The notes: generated by a model not told the origin, from the sequence alone. Shown: positions 1-13,506, counted from the stretch's first letter. The stretch is 64,000 bases of DNA from Camelus ferus (GCF_009834535.1 NC_045696.1:73534001-73598000), one strand, 5' to 3'. Made by a program: numbers and translations.

Positions 1-44
1 GGGACAGCTGACATCCGCGTTACCCCCAGGAAAGCCCAGGCTGT

Positions 45-220
45 AAGAATCAGAGAGACCAGGGTTTAATCCACATAGTCACATGCTGCCTGTGTAACCA
101 AAGGCTGGTCACTGAATCTCTCTGATCCTGTATTATCTCCACTACAAAATGAGGGTAATGACAGCAGGCTTTGGGGCTGTTGTGAGGATTAGGGTTAATA
201 TGTACAAAATGCTCACTGTA
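45..220 (+). mobile_element. MIR SINE remnant
   Basis: Degenerate MIR core (tgtgtaacc...actgaatctctctgatcctg...aaaatgagggtaatgacag...gttgtgaggatt). Confidence 0.6.
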
Positions 221-1355
221 TGGAAGCTACCTTTTTGATGATTTTTTTTTCCCATTTTTGTTGGTGGTAGCTACTACAAACCCTGAGCCAAGTCTGTGAC
301 CCTAAAAAAAAAAAAGTATATCTTTCATATGCATGTTATTCTTTTCTTTCCTGAGTCTAGATTAAATTGTACTTTCTTTATTTATAATTATGCAGTCATT
401 ATTGATATCTATTTTGTTGTATTGCAACCTGCACCAAAGTGGTGTTATGTAAATAGAGATTTTCTGTCTATTATGCTCCCGGTTTCCCCATAGTGAATTT
501 GAGGACACAATGAGAATTCATATGTTTTCTTTCACCTTAAATACTGTTGCTACCATGCTTATGATTTCATGGGATTGTTTGACCAATAATTGGAATGACC
601 TTGGCATTCATTAAAATCTGTCCCATACCCTTTTGCCTCGTTCCCTTTGTCATCTAAAGTTGGCTCCCATCTAAAATTAGCAGTGAAGAATTGTCTGTGG
701 AAACTCAGTCTTATCTTATTTGTTATTATGTCATCACCAACTAAGCTGAGCAGACCCAACCATCATATTCGTGCCAAAGAGTCTGAGCAGTCCATAGGAG
801 GCAAGAAAAGAAACAAGCAACAGATAACGTTCCCATTTGACACCCGAGGTAAGCAAGGCCCAAAGATGCTGGTGATCAGCCCATATTCACTAACAAAACT
901 GGAATTAAAACCAGGCCAACTCCTTTCCTGCATTAGGAAAGAGAATGCTACTACTTAACACACTCTGTTTAGTCAGGCAATCTATAGCTTGTCAGTACAT
1001 CAAATCATAGGCATATTTATTTGATCTTGCTGAAGACTATAAAAAAGCAATTTCAGATACAGCTTCTACTGGCAGAGTTGACGCAGGTGCCAGGGCCCCC
1101 ACCCTGGAAGGTTCAGGGCTTTATAGAATCATCTCCACCTTTGGCTTCCACTGCTAGTCCACGAAAACACTGAAACTTCAATACTATCACGGTAATGGAA
1201 AGGTAGCACCCAGCTCTTGGTGCAAAGCCCAGGGAAGTTTTAATTTTATATAAAGGAAAAGAAAACTTGAACATTAATTTCAGATGCTTGGGAGTCTAGC
1301 CAAATGGGTGCCCTTTTCCTTTCCTCTGAAAACTTCTGAAGACAAAACAAAGATC

Positions 1356-1567
1356 TGGATTTCTAAACTTTCCAGAAGTGGTTTTTTGTTTGTTTGCCAT
1401 TGTTTTTGTTCTGGCTCAGCAAAGAGTAAAGTGTATATAGCACATCAGTTGTTATATCCAGGTGGATTTCTAAACTTTCCAGAAGTGGTTTCTTGTTTGT
1501 TTGCCATTGTTTTTGTTCTGGCTCAGCAAAGAGTAAACTGTATAGCACATAGGTTGTTATATCCAGG
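1356..1567. repeat. Direct tandem duplication, 2 copies of ~107 bp
   Basis: tggatttctaaactttccagaagtgg...gttgttatatccagg occurs at 1356-1462 and again at 1463-1567, with a few substitutions and a 2-bp indel. Confidence 0.95.
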
Positions 1568-3627
1568 AATAGAAGGCCTGTAAGCAAAAGATTGGAGAAG
1601 TTCTCCTTGCCCCAGTGGTTAGCTGGGAATATCTAGCTTTCCAGTTCCCCAAAATGAAAGTGCTTACTGAATAATGTTTATACCTATGTTTAGGGAAAGA
1701 GGAAACACTCCTCCACTAACAAGAGCTCTGGAGCCATCAATCCTTGATAAACCAAGCAAGCAGGAATATTGGCTGATTTTCCAGCCTAATTATCTATTTC
1801 TTAACAATTTTTTACAGAGATTCTTTACAACTACATCAAGACAAATTACCTCCAGTTCTTACCAGAAGTACTTAAAGATAACATAGAAATTTTGCAAAAT
1901 GCTTACAAGAGTGACTAGACATGAAATTAGCAAGCAAAAGACAAGGTATTACTGCTCAGGTGCTAATTTGGGTTAGCAATAAAATGACGATGTACCTAAA
2001 TAATAAAGTTTCTCTTTTAAGAACTAAAAAAAATAGCAACAATCTTAATTTAAAAACAAGCTTAATTTATATGAAAGGGAATGAAATCAATAGTATGAGA
2101 AAAAAAATCTGTATAACAGGTATAATTAATTATATCTCTCAAACAAAAGCTCTTTTAAATTATGCTTCTCTGTCAATCTAAGATTGTAGGCAATGATTAC
2201 AGCAGCACAGTACAGATGGTCTAGAACATCATGTCCACGTAGATAACACAACAGTCCAACCTGTTTTCACAGGAAGAAACCACACTTAGATCCATCAAGA
2301 AGCACACCACCTCTCAGGTGTTAATCATCTGTTTTGTAGCAACTGTTGTAAATTATGGGTAACAACAACCTTGGAACTTCAACACCAATACAAACTAGTA
2401 CCCCATTGCCACCTTCTTGGCCGTTTGCCACGAGTGCTATTTTAAAGTTAGGCATTAGGAGGCAGCAAATGGCTCAAAACCACAGGCAAAGATAAATTCG
2501 TAGGAAGTTGGAAAAGAGACGTAAAGCTGCAAAAGCAGAGAAAACAGATTTCATCTTAATCACAAACTTCCAGGAATTTAGACTTCTAAGAGGAATAGAA
2601 GGGTAAAGGGTTTGGCCCTTTTAGAGACCTTTGTGAAACTGTCTGGATCTAATTCCTCATTTCAGCATCTCTAAAAAACTCTGACAGTTACCTTGAGGAT
2701 TAAATAACATAGGTCTTGGTTTCACTTAAATTTGTTTCTTGGCTCCAGAAAGAAAGGTCTGATGGCTGCCTACATGGAATTCTCAGGTGCCTGCACTAAT
2801 GCAGATACTATTCAAACCATCAAGGAGACATTAGAACTGATTCTTCCCCAGGTTGCTTCATTCTGATTTAAGGTATTTACGTATTTAAAACACGCATCAT
2901 CGTTACTTAAAATTGCCAATGTGGCACTTACGTTTAAAAATTACTTGTGACTGGTACTCTAAAGTATCACCTCTTTAGATAACACATGCCTATCTCATTT
3001 TTAGGAAACTGAAAACAGACTTTTCACTTTTCTTAAAAGGTGATAATATCTCTAAACAAAGTTTTATTATTTGGGTTATAATGCTTGATTAGATTATAAG
3101 AAATGAAGCCTCTGAACTGTTTGATTGGTTTATATTATTAAAACAACTCTTGCCTCTCTATGGATATTTATGTTGAAGAAATTAGCTCATGTAATTTACA
3201 CAAGGATTTTATTTCAAGCACAAGTAGAAAGGTCCTTAGAAAATATGGTTGATAGGAATCAAAACTGTAAATATGTGAGGAAAACTGTGTGGTACATGAA
3301 ACAGGAAAACAGAACATCTCCAAAGACAACTCCCTGCATTTTTGCATTGTTTCTTGAACTGTTGTACTAAGAATGCAGGACTTAGCTATCACAGAATATA
3401 CAGGGTAAAGCAGTAGTGAAAAAGATGCTGATTAGCACAATAGTAATACTGTGATAAACAGTTAAATCGAACCTAAAGTAATTCACATCAAATAATGCAA
3501 AAGCTACACAAAGCCTATCTTCCTTCTAGACATGCATGATGATTGCAGACGCCTCCAATAACCAAAATTCAGCTTTACTATGATTAACTATTAAAAGTAA
3601 TTGAAGAAAATATCACACATTACTTAC

Positions 3628-3695
3628 TGTTTTTAAGATATCTATGCCATCCTTCTGAATCCAAAGAGGGGGAAGAATCACTGCCACGAGGAAAT
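3628..3695 (-). other. Candidate 68-bp internal exon of an unidentified minus-strand transcript
   Basis: Minus strand: polypyrimidine tract ttttttcctccttttgcttgctAG, then 68 nt, then ACA|GTAAGTA donor. Two frames are open. No partner exons were identified. Confidence 0.4.
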
Positions 3696-6039
3696 CTAGC
3701 AAGCAAAAGGAGGAAAAAAACAGCAAATATTAGTTGTTTGAAAATTAGCATCTTCAGGTTTTCTTGAGGTACTTCCCACAGGATCCCAGAGCAAAGAAGA
3801 AAAAGAAAAAGTTGGAGAAAAACATCACACACATCACGAGGCGACTTTCTCCACTAACCCATGCAGCTCCAAACTTTAAAGGCTAAAATTGTTGAGCATC
3901 CTGACTGAGTAAATGTCCGACTTCGGCATCACTGGTTACGTTCACAATTTTGGTAAGACGAATGCATCTCCAAAATTATGGTTACTTTAATGTATTATCC
4001 AGATTTTCCCCCTGTTTCTCTCCCTTTCTTCCTTTTCCATTCACATTTTTCTTCCTACAAAATGCACATAGGTCTGTTCTTCCTCGTACGGAGTCAGGCC
4101 TGGCTTTGAAATGCATTTCAATCTCTCAACACAGACTGCTTTCATTGCATTTAGAGTCCCACTAAGGCCCAGCTTTAAAAGCTACTGATTCTTTTTTTCT
4201 TTAGCCTTCCTCACAAAGGAAGGGTATTTTGTAAATTACCAGCTCGTTCAGATCAACAAAAGGTACTTTCATAGAAAGCCCCATTTGATTTTGCTCAAAT
4301 TTGATTACAAGGATGGAGAAAAGGAAAGGAAGTCAAAAAGAAAAACCCCAGATGGCTTTTTCATTCATCTCAGTGAATGAGCTTTATCTGTGCCTTTTGA
4401 AACTGTAGCAGTGGAAAAGCATTTCTGTTGGCTTAAAAAACTTGACAAAAATTATTGGTTTGCCATTTCTCATGTAACAGCCATTGGGAACTGGATGAAA
4501 AGACTTTTTCATGGGATCGCCTGCTTGGATCAAAATAATGGAGATTAGGTATTTCATTATAAATTACAGTGGGAGATAGAGCAGGCTGTCATATTAATAG
4601 CAACCTGCTCATGGCCTTCAATGGTAGCTATTCTCCTAGACAAAGGACCAAGGGGGTTGTCTATTGAACTTGTACTTTAGGCCTGATCAATTTTCTATCA
4701 TCAAGGCAAAAGGTGAGATGACTAACAAAGGAATTCACACATGAGTGACCTCATAAGCCTACAGATAAAACAGCTTAAAGAAGCAAAATACATCCTGAAA
4801 TTATGGGTGATAAACTATATAAAGAAGACAGAGTATGAGAGAGAGAGGCAAGAGCAATGGTCTATAATTCTCCTCTCTCTTCTTGGCCAAATGGACACAT
4901 TAAAAGCTACTTGTTTTCAGCCGCAGATAATTGCAATGTTTGGTTTGCAGTGGTCTGCTTTAAATCCTTCAGCTTTTTTTTCCTCAGCACAGCTCCAGTC
5001 ATTTCATTCACTATTAGCAATAGCACTGTGTTTGAGACAAAGCTTCGACCAAGAGTCACACTTAAAAATAAAAACTAAAAAGAATCACAAGCAACACAGG
5101 CTTCAAGATACTACACAGTAGAATGTGCGTTTGTTATTTGCTCCAGGTTACCAGCCTCTCCCGCATTTACTTCTTAGATTCTAAAGCATTTTGAAGACTA
5201 AGCTGTACCTGTGACTAAAAGACAGAGAATCTTAATGCAGTGTAGTGAAACATGTGATTCGATGGAAATTTTTTTCAGAAAATAGTGATGATAAAATACG
5301 AATCCAAAGAACTAGTGAAGGACAGGTGATTGATTTTCATCCAATCACAAGGAATCATCTGGATTCCCAATTGAAGTTGTCCAAATCACTACAATTGCTA
5401 AATTTTTCTTCCCTGTTATACTTCCATGGAATTTCAACTTAAAAAAAAAATTGGGGATTTCTGCCTGCTGGTCTTAGTGTTCCTTGAATTCAGGATGGTA
5501 GTAGAGAATTTATGTTCCAGAGATAAAACTTGGGTTACCAAAGGTTACTATTACCTGGAAATGCAGATATGCATGTAACACTTTCCGCACATTACCTAAA
5601 GCTAATGCAAAGTAAAAATACATGTGAGCAGGATATATTTTTACTGTGCTATTTTTTAAGCCAAAGAACAGTACAAGATTATTAATGTAAAAGGACTTCC
5701 AACTGCCCAAAAGCTTGAGAAAATACCATATCACCTGTGACAGCAGTTGTCAAAAATAAGGCTACATTTTGAAAGGCACCCTCAACAGATGTGATAAACT
5801 CCAAATCTTGGGCATAAGCAATGTGAGTACACACTCACACACATAATAGTGATGACATAAAGAAGGTCATTTATGTATAGATAAATAAAACAAGGTTATA
5901 GTATTATCTAAGGCATACTATTTGTATAAAAATTATACTTTCTTTGTTTTCAAGGTAGCCCTAATCCTTCAATTATTTTAACCATTCAGAGAGATCCTAA
6001 ATTCAAGATTATAAAAGAGGAATTAAACAACATTGGTAG

Positions 6040-6800
6040 AAGTCAGTGCACAGGCAAGCTATTGGTGTAAATGTAAATTACACTATTGGTACGAATGCAA
6101 ACTGGGTGAATCTTCCAGAGGGTAACTGGACAGCATTCAAGAGTTTGAAAGTCTTTATAACTGTTGAGCCAGTTATTCCTTTTCTAGGAATCTTTCCAGT
6201 AGAAACTATCAGAAATGCAAATGAAGGGGTTTTTTTTCCCCCATAAAGATACTTATCATACACTGCGTCAGGCAGTAATAGTATAGTGGTGGGACTTCAA
6301 GTTCTGGAGCCAGACTAGCTGAGGTCCAATTAAACTCACCAGCTTCCAATTACAATCTTATGGGTTTGCTTATTAACCTCTCTGTGTTTCAGTTTTCTAA
6401 TCTGTAAAATGGGAATCTCAAAAGTGTGTTATGAAAATTACATGAATTAATATATGTAAAGCATTAAAGGTGTGGCTAGCACATAGGAAGTACTAAATTA
6501 AGTATTATATATTATTATTACAAATGCTTCAAATCTGGAAAATTATTAACTAAATTGTAATAAATAAATACAATAGAATGTAATATGCCCATTATAAATC
6601 ATAATGACACAATAACATGGGAAAACATACTAAGTGAAAAACTTAAGGATATAAAACTATATATTATGTGATCTCAAATACATATATATATATTTTATAT
6701 ATAAATACATGAATATGTGGCAACAGTATTTATTCCTGGATACTGTAATTTCAAGTGATATTTATTTTCTTTTTATATTTTTAAATTTTTATGTAAATTA
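6040..6800 (+). mobile_element. Ancient L1ME-type 3' end interrupted by a MIR (MIR ~6271-6510, +)
   Basis: L1 3'-end motifs (gttgagccagttattccttttctaggaatctttcc; aatacaatagaatgtaatatgcccatta) flank a MIR core (tctggagccagactagctg...ctctctgtgtttcagttttctaatctgtaaaatggg). Confidence 0.55.
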
Positions 6801-7199
6801 AAAAATTTTAAAGTCTTATTTTCATAAGTTAGTTTATGAAGGAGGAGGAGAACTAGGAGGAACACCAAGCAGCATCAGTACTTATCGGAGCTAGGCCAGG
6901 CTAATGGGAAAACTAGAATCTATGCCAAAGTTCACTTCAGGGCTTAGCACTAAGATCTGGAAATGAGATGTGCTTCCCCAACTGGAAATTACTAGGCTTA
7001 AACTCTAAAATGTAAACAAGTAAAATCCAAGCGTAACAAATCCACAAAAGTCCCTGCCCCAAGAAGCTATCAGTATATGGATTACCAAAGGCAACTGACA
7101 ACAGAGGAGTCCAGCAAAATGACTCAGGGATGAGCTTGGGAAGATACATGCATACCAACATACACAGGTCATGTGCAACACAAACAGTTTGGATCCACT

Positions 7200-7640
7200 C
7201 AGTCAGGGGCAGAGGACAAGTCAATTTCAGGGGACACTAAATATAGAGACTTGAAGCTGCAGCCAAGGAAAGGACTCGGTGAGAATGTCTAGAAAAGGGG
7301 AGTAAAGGCCAAGAGGTAGGCACGTGTCCCTTTCCCCCACTCTTACTCTCCTGTCTGGGAGCTGGAACTGAGGATAGGAAGGGAGGTACATGTAAGAGCA
7401 GACTTTACCTCCTACCCCTGCTAGGCCCTCAGGCAAGCTTGAACTAGGGGCTGAGGGAAAGGCAGGGAAGGTGGGGACCCTAGAGTGTTTCACTGGGTGT
7501 ACTAATCTTTAGTAACTAAAAGTGACTGGAAAGTTATGAGCTCTCCCAAGATAGTATTAACAGCCAGGAACATGACAGAGCATAGTTGAAGGTGAAGAAA
7601 AGAGAACTAAATACAGATTACCCAGTATATGAGTTGCATG
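7200..7640 (+). mobile_element. Ancient Gypsy-like LTR remnant (MamGypLTR-like)
   Basis: Motif taactaaaagtgactggaaagttatg...cccaagat resembles my recollection of MamGypLTR consensus; boundaries uncertain. Confidence 0.4.
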
Positions 7641-7739
7641 TGTATTATGCCTTTGTTGCAAGAAAAAAATGTCAAAGCTAAGTGCTAGACTTTTCAAGAA
7701 ACTCCAGATAGTAAAAAGCAAAGTTCTAGAATATGAAAG

Positions 7740-8290
7740 TTCCATATGATCCAGCAATCCCACTTCTGGATGTAGATCCAAAAGAACTGACAGCTTGGAC
7801 TTGAACAGATATATGTACACTCATATTCATAGCAACATTATTCACAATAGCCAAAAAGGTGGAAGCAGCCCAAGGCCATCAACAGATGAATGGATAAACA
7901 AAACATGGTATACACATTCAACGGAATTTTATTCAGCTTTAAAAAAGAAATTCTGATACATACTACAACATGGATGAACCTTAAATATATTACGCTAAGT
8001 GAAATAAGCCAGACACACAAAAAAACTGTGCGATTCCAGATATGAGCTACCTAGAGTAGTCAAATTCATAGACACATAGAGCAGTTGCCAGAGGCTGTGG
8101 GGATGGGGGGGAATTTGGAGTACTGTTCAATGGGAACAGAGTTTCAGTTATGCAAGATAAAAAAAAGTCCTGGACATGGATGGTCATGATGGTCACAGAG
8201 CAATGTAAATTGTACCTAAAGCCACTGAACTTTACACTTAAAATGGTTAAAATGGTAAATTTTATGTATATTTCACCACAATTTTTTTAA
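7740..8290 (+). mobile_element. L1MB-type LINE-1 3' fragment
   Basis: ccatatgatccagcaatcccacttctgg...tcacaatagccaaaaaggtggaagc...aaatggttaaaatggtaaattttatg...caccacaat, a typical L1MB 3' end. Confidence 0.85.
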
Positions 8291-8389
8291 AGAATATGAA
8301 AATGTTGCTTCCTGAAAATATCTCCCCAATTCTTTTATCATCAACTGATCGAAATGAAACAAACGAAATGAAACAAAAGGAAGAGGAAG

Positions 8390-8612
8390 GGGACTGCTAT
8401 GTTCAATCAGCTGTACAATTTGTACACTTCACCCAGATGCCAGAGGGGGCAAACAGGCAAAATCTAGCCTGGAGTCATGCTGGCCAAGTGGTATGTGCTG
8501 GGGTTGGACTTCAATAGCTGGGAGGTAGGGGTGTCGTTTCATAACTCATCTGCCTAGAGGGAACATCTTTTATTAATTTGCTGAAAGATACTGTATGTGT
8601 CAACATGCCTTG
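8390..8612 (-). mobile_element. MER91-like hAT DNA transposon remnant
   Basis: Degenerate similarity to recalled MER91A consensus (gagggggcaa...aatctagcc...gccaag...gcctagaggg...taatttgc). Confidence 0.45.
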
Positions 8613-8640
8613 AAAGGGAGCCAGGCTGGTATGTGGACAG

Positions 8641-8720
8641 CATTATGGTGTACACCAGAAACTGACACAACACTGTAAACTGAATATACTTCAATAAAAA
8701 AAATTATGCAAAAAAAAAAA
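8641..8720 (+). mobile_element. Very short L1 3' terminus with A-rich tail
   Basis: tgtacaccagaaactgacacaacactgtaaactgaatatacttcaataaaaaaa is the terminal motif of cetartiodactyl L1s. Confidence 0.7.
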
Positions 8721-9802
8721 GAATGATCACTTAGATTGAAAGACAGTAACACTGGTTATGTGCTCTTTGTAAACGAATGACAGCCAAGTTCTGGGAAAAC
8801 CTTCTGCTTGGGAGTTTCAAACTCATTTTTGTCTTCTTAACATGCTTTTCCCTGCCATCAACACAACCACCCCTTACTGAAGCTCAGGATGTAAGAGAAT
8901 CATTCCAGTGATACAGAATTGGAGTAATGACATGTGATATATAACTAAGCTTCCCTAAAGGAGACAAGTTAAATTGACTCAAGGTCTAAAACATGTGCTC
9001 TTCTTTTCAGAACTACAGGGAACCCAACTCTTATAACCACTTCTCTGTGGGTGATATTTAAAATTTCCATTTCTAACCCTAGCCTTCTACCCAAACTAAT
9101 ACCATATTTCAGGTGGACTACAGGACATTTCTATTAGGCTATGGCACAGTAATCCTCAAATCAACATATCTAAAATATCCCTATTTGCCCTTTCCCACAG
9201 AAGAAAACAGCTCCCCCTCCTTACTTCTCATGTGTTACTCTAGGTGCCCAGCCCCAAAATATTGACAACATATTTGGATCTTTCCTTTCCTTTGTGCTTC
9301 ACAGTCAATCAATATGGGTCTGTTTTCTCCTTGATACATTATAGACCTTCCAGCCCTTTCCTAAGGTCACACAGAGTCCTGAAAATATAATATACAGTTT
9401 CTAGAGGTTCCTTAATTGATCCTCTTCATCTTCTTTCTCTATGCCTCATTCAGGAAAGCAGTAGTTCTCTCCTTTGATTTACTCACTATTAACTCCCTAA
9501 CTCATCCTTCTTGAAACTCTCTCTGACTTCTTAGACTCTGACCACTACCCTGATTCTCCAGTCCCTCTAGTTCTGTGTTCCTGGCTCCACCACCATTCAT
9601 GAAGGACTCTCCCTCATCCCTGAAAGACTCTTGCTGTGATCCTCTCCTCCACACAGTCTCTGGTCACATCTCTCTCTTCAAGATCACCTATGACCTGTAT
9701 GCTAATGACTCCCAAATCCACTCTCCAGCTCCAGGCCTAAAGCCAGCTCAAGTTCAGTATGTTAAAAACTAACCTTGTGGTCTTCCACAACCCTGCAGGG
9801 AA

Positions 9803-9921
9803 TGAGAGAAGCAAGTGAGAGAGGGAGGGAGAGAAGGAGGGAGGGAGAGAAGGAGTGTGAGAGAGGGAGGGAGGGAGGGAGAGAAGGGAAGAAGAGGGAG
9901 AAGGGGAGGGGAGAGAAGGAG
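9803..9921. repeat. GA-rich polypurine low-complexity tract
   Basis: (GGGA/GAGA/GAAG)n run of about 110 bp. Confidence 0.9.
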
Positions 9922-10189
9922 CAAACATGCATTTTTTTTTCCCTTTTCTATCTTGGTAAAAAGTGACACTAAGTTTCTCAAGCAACAAATTCCAGGTCCA
10001 TGCTCATTGGTCCTTCTGTCTCAATCTCTATTACTCACCAAAACCTTTGAATTACATCCTGTAAATTTCTCCACAGTACTGATGATTATAGCTAGGCAAT
10101 CTATTGGGATTTTTCACATGATACGATAACATCAAAAACTCTAATTTCTTATTTTAACTTGGGACCAAAAATGGGACTCCCCACAGGAG

Positions 10190-10420
10190 CATGTTTTATT
10201 TTATTTCTTTTCTCCATAGCACATACCACTTTAAACTATTATATAATCCTTAGTTGTATGTCATGTTTATTATTCAGCATCTTCTCCTCTACCAGAATAT
10301 AAGCTGCACGAAGTCAGAAATACTGTCCATTTTGGCTACTGTTATTTACCCAGCACCTAAAATTATTTCTGACAGAGAGCAGGGAGAGTAAGCACTAAAC
10401 AACTGTTTATTCAGTAAGTG
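10190..10420 (+). mobile_element. L2 3' remnant
   Basis: ccagaatataagctgcacgaagtcag...gttatttacccagcacctaaaa...taagcactaaacaactgtttatt. Confidence 0.6.
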
Positions 10421-10974
10421 GATTGTCAGCTAACACTTTATGTCCTTCAAACTTGGACTTGCCTTGGCCTAAGGGGAGTTAAGCAACTTTTCTGGTAAAA
10501 AGGAGAAGAGCCAGATGGGGTGGGCCACCCTCAAACCATCCTAAACAGGGCTTTGTTTTCAAAACCCTAGGCCTACAGATATCCTGCTAGAGTGTTTCAG
10601 AAGGGAAACACAGAGGCTGTGGAGTCCCATGGTTAAGGAAAAGCAGCCTCGTTCCCATAAGGTCAGATTCCCCAAACCAGGCATAGTGAGGGAGTTCTGA
10701 ATTCTAAGAATGGCAGAGGCATGAACGTAATGGAAGTGGCAGAACTTCTGATGGTGACAGCCCCAGAACCGACTCAGGGCAACGCTCTCTCTCCAACGGA
10801 GGATACCAAAAATGTTCATTTGTTTCCCCAGAGGCTAAAGAGCATGAGGAAAAAAAGCTTTAGCAACTAGAAAAGTCAACCAAAACACCTTCCAGAAGAG
10901 GAAAATTTTCTTTCTTATTTAAGTTAATGCCACCCAAAGAAGATACACAAGACAAAATGTCTTCAGAAAAGGGA

Positions 10975-11400
10975 CTCAAAACTACCTAAGCTGAGGAACT
11001 ACTGAAGGAAATAGAGGTATTTAACCTGGACTAGAGGAGATCCCAGAGAATCCTAAAGACATAGATAGATATAGAGATACAGACTGAGATGCAGATGTGA
11101 GGGGAGCTGTAGAGGTGGGTATCAATCTAGACGTGGGTGCAGATTCAAATGCATACATTCTCTTATAAAAAAGGACAACAGACACGGCCTATATAGCTCT
11201 GTAAGTCAAACTAAAATTAACAAGTAAAAGCTACAGAGAGAAATTTCATATCAATGTTAAAAAGTGTCTGATTTAACATGATCTAAAATTAGAATGAGCT
11301 CATTTAGGGGTGATCCTTAACACTTACAATGTTCAGACAGAGGCTGAACTACCACTTGGGTTGAAGGGTAAATAGGGTATTAAAGGGAACACAAGTATTG
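10975..11400 (+). mobile_element. CR1/L3 LINE 3' remnant
   Basis: gaggaactactgaaggaaatagaggtatttaacctggactagaggaga and aatgttcagacagaggctgaactaccacttgg resemble the L3 3' region. Confidence 0.5.
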
Positions 11401-12279
11401 TTCCAAAGTTTATCTAGATGTCTGTCAAGAGCTGTGAAGGACCTAGCTGGAAGAGAATTTAGTCTACCTCAGTTGCATAGATGGATGTTAAATAAGAAAT
11501 GTCTACTCAGGATAATAACAGAATGATTAGCAAGCTCACAAATGCTTTGCAGTCCTGCTCAACTTCAATTCTTAAGCAGACTTAGTTAATGTTGTATACC
11601 TTGAAGACATTCAAATATTGACTGAGATGTTATAAAACTATAAAGCTCTGTTACTGGTACTCTACTAATAAGAAATCAGAGTAATTTGAACATAGAATAA
11701 TATTTGCAGTATCTATTTTTAAAAGGGTCTTGTCAAGGAAATAATGTAAATAAAACTGATATGGATGTGCTTAATCTACCAGAGAATAAAAATGTCAACA
11801 ATTATAGAAACATTAAATTACAAATACTGCAATGCTAATTAAAACCATCTTATCAACCATTAAAGTAGGTCCTATGGGAATCTCCTCAACTTGGCAGTAT
11901 TAGTCTAGATTGAGATGCTCTATGAATTTCAAAGAAATAAAATTGATTTCCTTGAAAATGCTACATAACTCAAACCACTTAAGTCAATTTCGCAATCAGT
12001 CTTATTTAGCAAAGTTTAACTGTCCTAATCAAAATTTAAAACACTTCTATTTACATTAATGGCTATTAAAGGCACTAATCAAGTCAGAGTTATTTAAGCA
12101 ATGAAACAACTTTGGTATTAGAGCAAAATCAAACTGATCTGGAAACACAGATAGCTATACAATATTATTGGCTATATACTAACCCTAACTGCATACATTA
12201 TAGGTAAAAATTATTTGCTAACAAGAAAAATCATGACTGCTGTGATAAGTTCCAATATTTCTGTCATGATCACTTCAAA

Positions 12280-13088
12280 ACATTAACATAATTCCTGATC
12301 CTTCCCTTTTCCTCAGACCCCCAGATTTAATCAATCAACAAGACTGTTTGATTTTACCTTCCAAAAAGCATGGCTGATCTGTCTCTGACAGGCTTCTGGG
12401 GCAGAGATAATGTCTGTAAGACAGAGACATTATCTCTGCCTGCACCAGTCAACCAACCGCCAATGCCCACCTCCCTCTTCAGTCCTCGCACAGCCATAAG
12501 AGTAACCCTCTTAAAACTCCACTGCTTAAAACCATTCAAAGGTTTCCCACTGTATTTAGGATGAAATCCAAACTCCTTTCCAGAACTTGTCATTTACTGC
12601 ATGATCTAGCACTGTTCTTCCCTATAAAACCACCTCCTATAGTTCCTAGGCTTGCCCTCTTCCCTCTTGACACTCTGGTATTTTTTTGTCTTCTTATAAC
12701 ACGTAAACATATGCTACAGTCTCTTGTAAAGAAGAGTGTCCTTTCTGCAGTTCTTTTTATGTCAGACTCATTCTCATCCTACCAATTTCCCCTCAAAGTC
12801 CACTCCTCAGAGAGCCTTCCCCAGCTACCTTGGCACCCATGCAGCCCCAGGTTACCTTGCCATTCTCTATCTTCATCTGAGAATCTCAGTTGTGGTCCTC
12901 ATAGTACCTGACTCAATTTGCTATTATTTTATTAGCTTATTTTTCAGTCTGTCTTTACGAGATTGTAAACTCCATGGGGAAAGAACCATGCCTGTCTCAT
13001 TCACTGCTATGCCCCCAGGACTTAACACAGGAGCCAGGCACTCAATAGAAATTCAATATGTATTTGCTAAATGAATGAATGAATGAAT
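12280..13088 (+). mobile_element. L2 LINE 3' remnant
   Basis: Ends in gattgtaaactccatggg...ggcactcaatagaaattcaatatgtatttgctaaatgaatgaatgaatgaat, a canonical L2 tail. Confidence 0.75.
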
Positions 13089-13506
13089 GTAAAAAACCAT
13101 AGTCATTCCTCAATTTCAAAGGTGGTTGAAAATTTTGCATAAATGTGTATATATACGTATGAAAATTTTGTCTGAACCTGTACCCTACAAAATGAAGTTG
13201 AGAAATTCAAATATTCTTTTAAGTAATCCAACCATATTATTGCTTCTGACAGACAATAATGGCTCATAAAACTAAGACCCACCTCAAAAAGAAAGCCTTT
13301 GGTTAACTCCTCCTGGTCAAGTGCGAATAGAAAGGTATGACCTGCCTGGGGTCTGGCACTTACAGCAGGAGAGCCAAGTTAAAGAGACGGTGAGATTAAG
13401 AGATGGAAACTACCCCTGCTCTGACAGAAACACAGCTGAGACAGCACAGTCTTCACATCAGACGTTGACAATGGTCTTGGTGGTGATGATGATGACAACA
13501 AGAACA

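Noticed and set aside
4741..5121. 126-aa plus-strand ORF and an open antisense frame ending ...LQLSAAENK*
   Set aside because: No recognisable homology and no supporting gene structure; consistent with chance.
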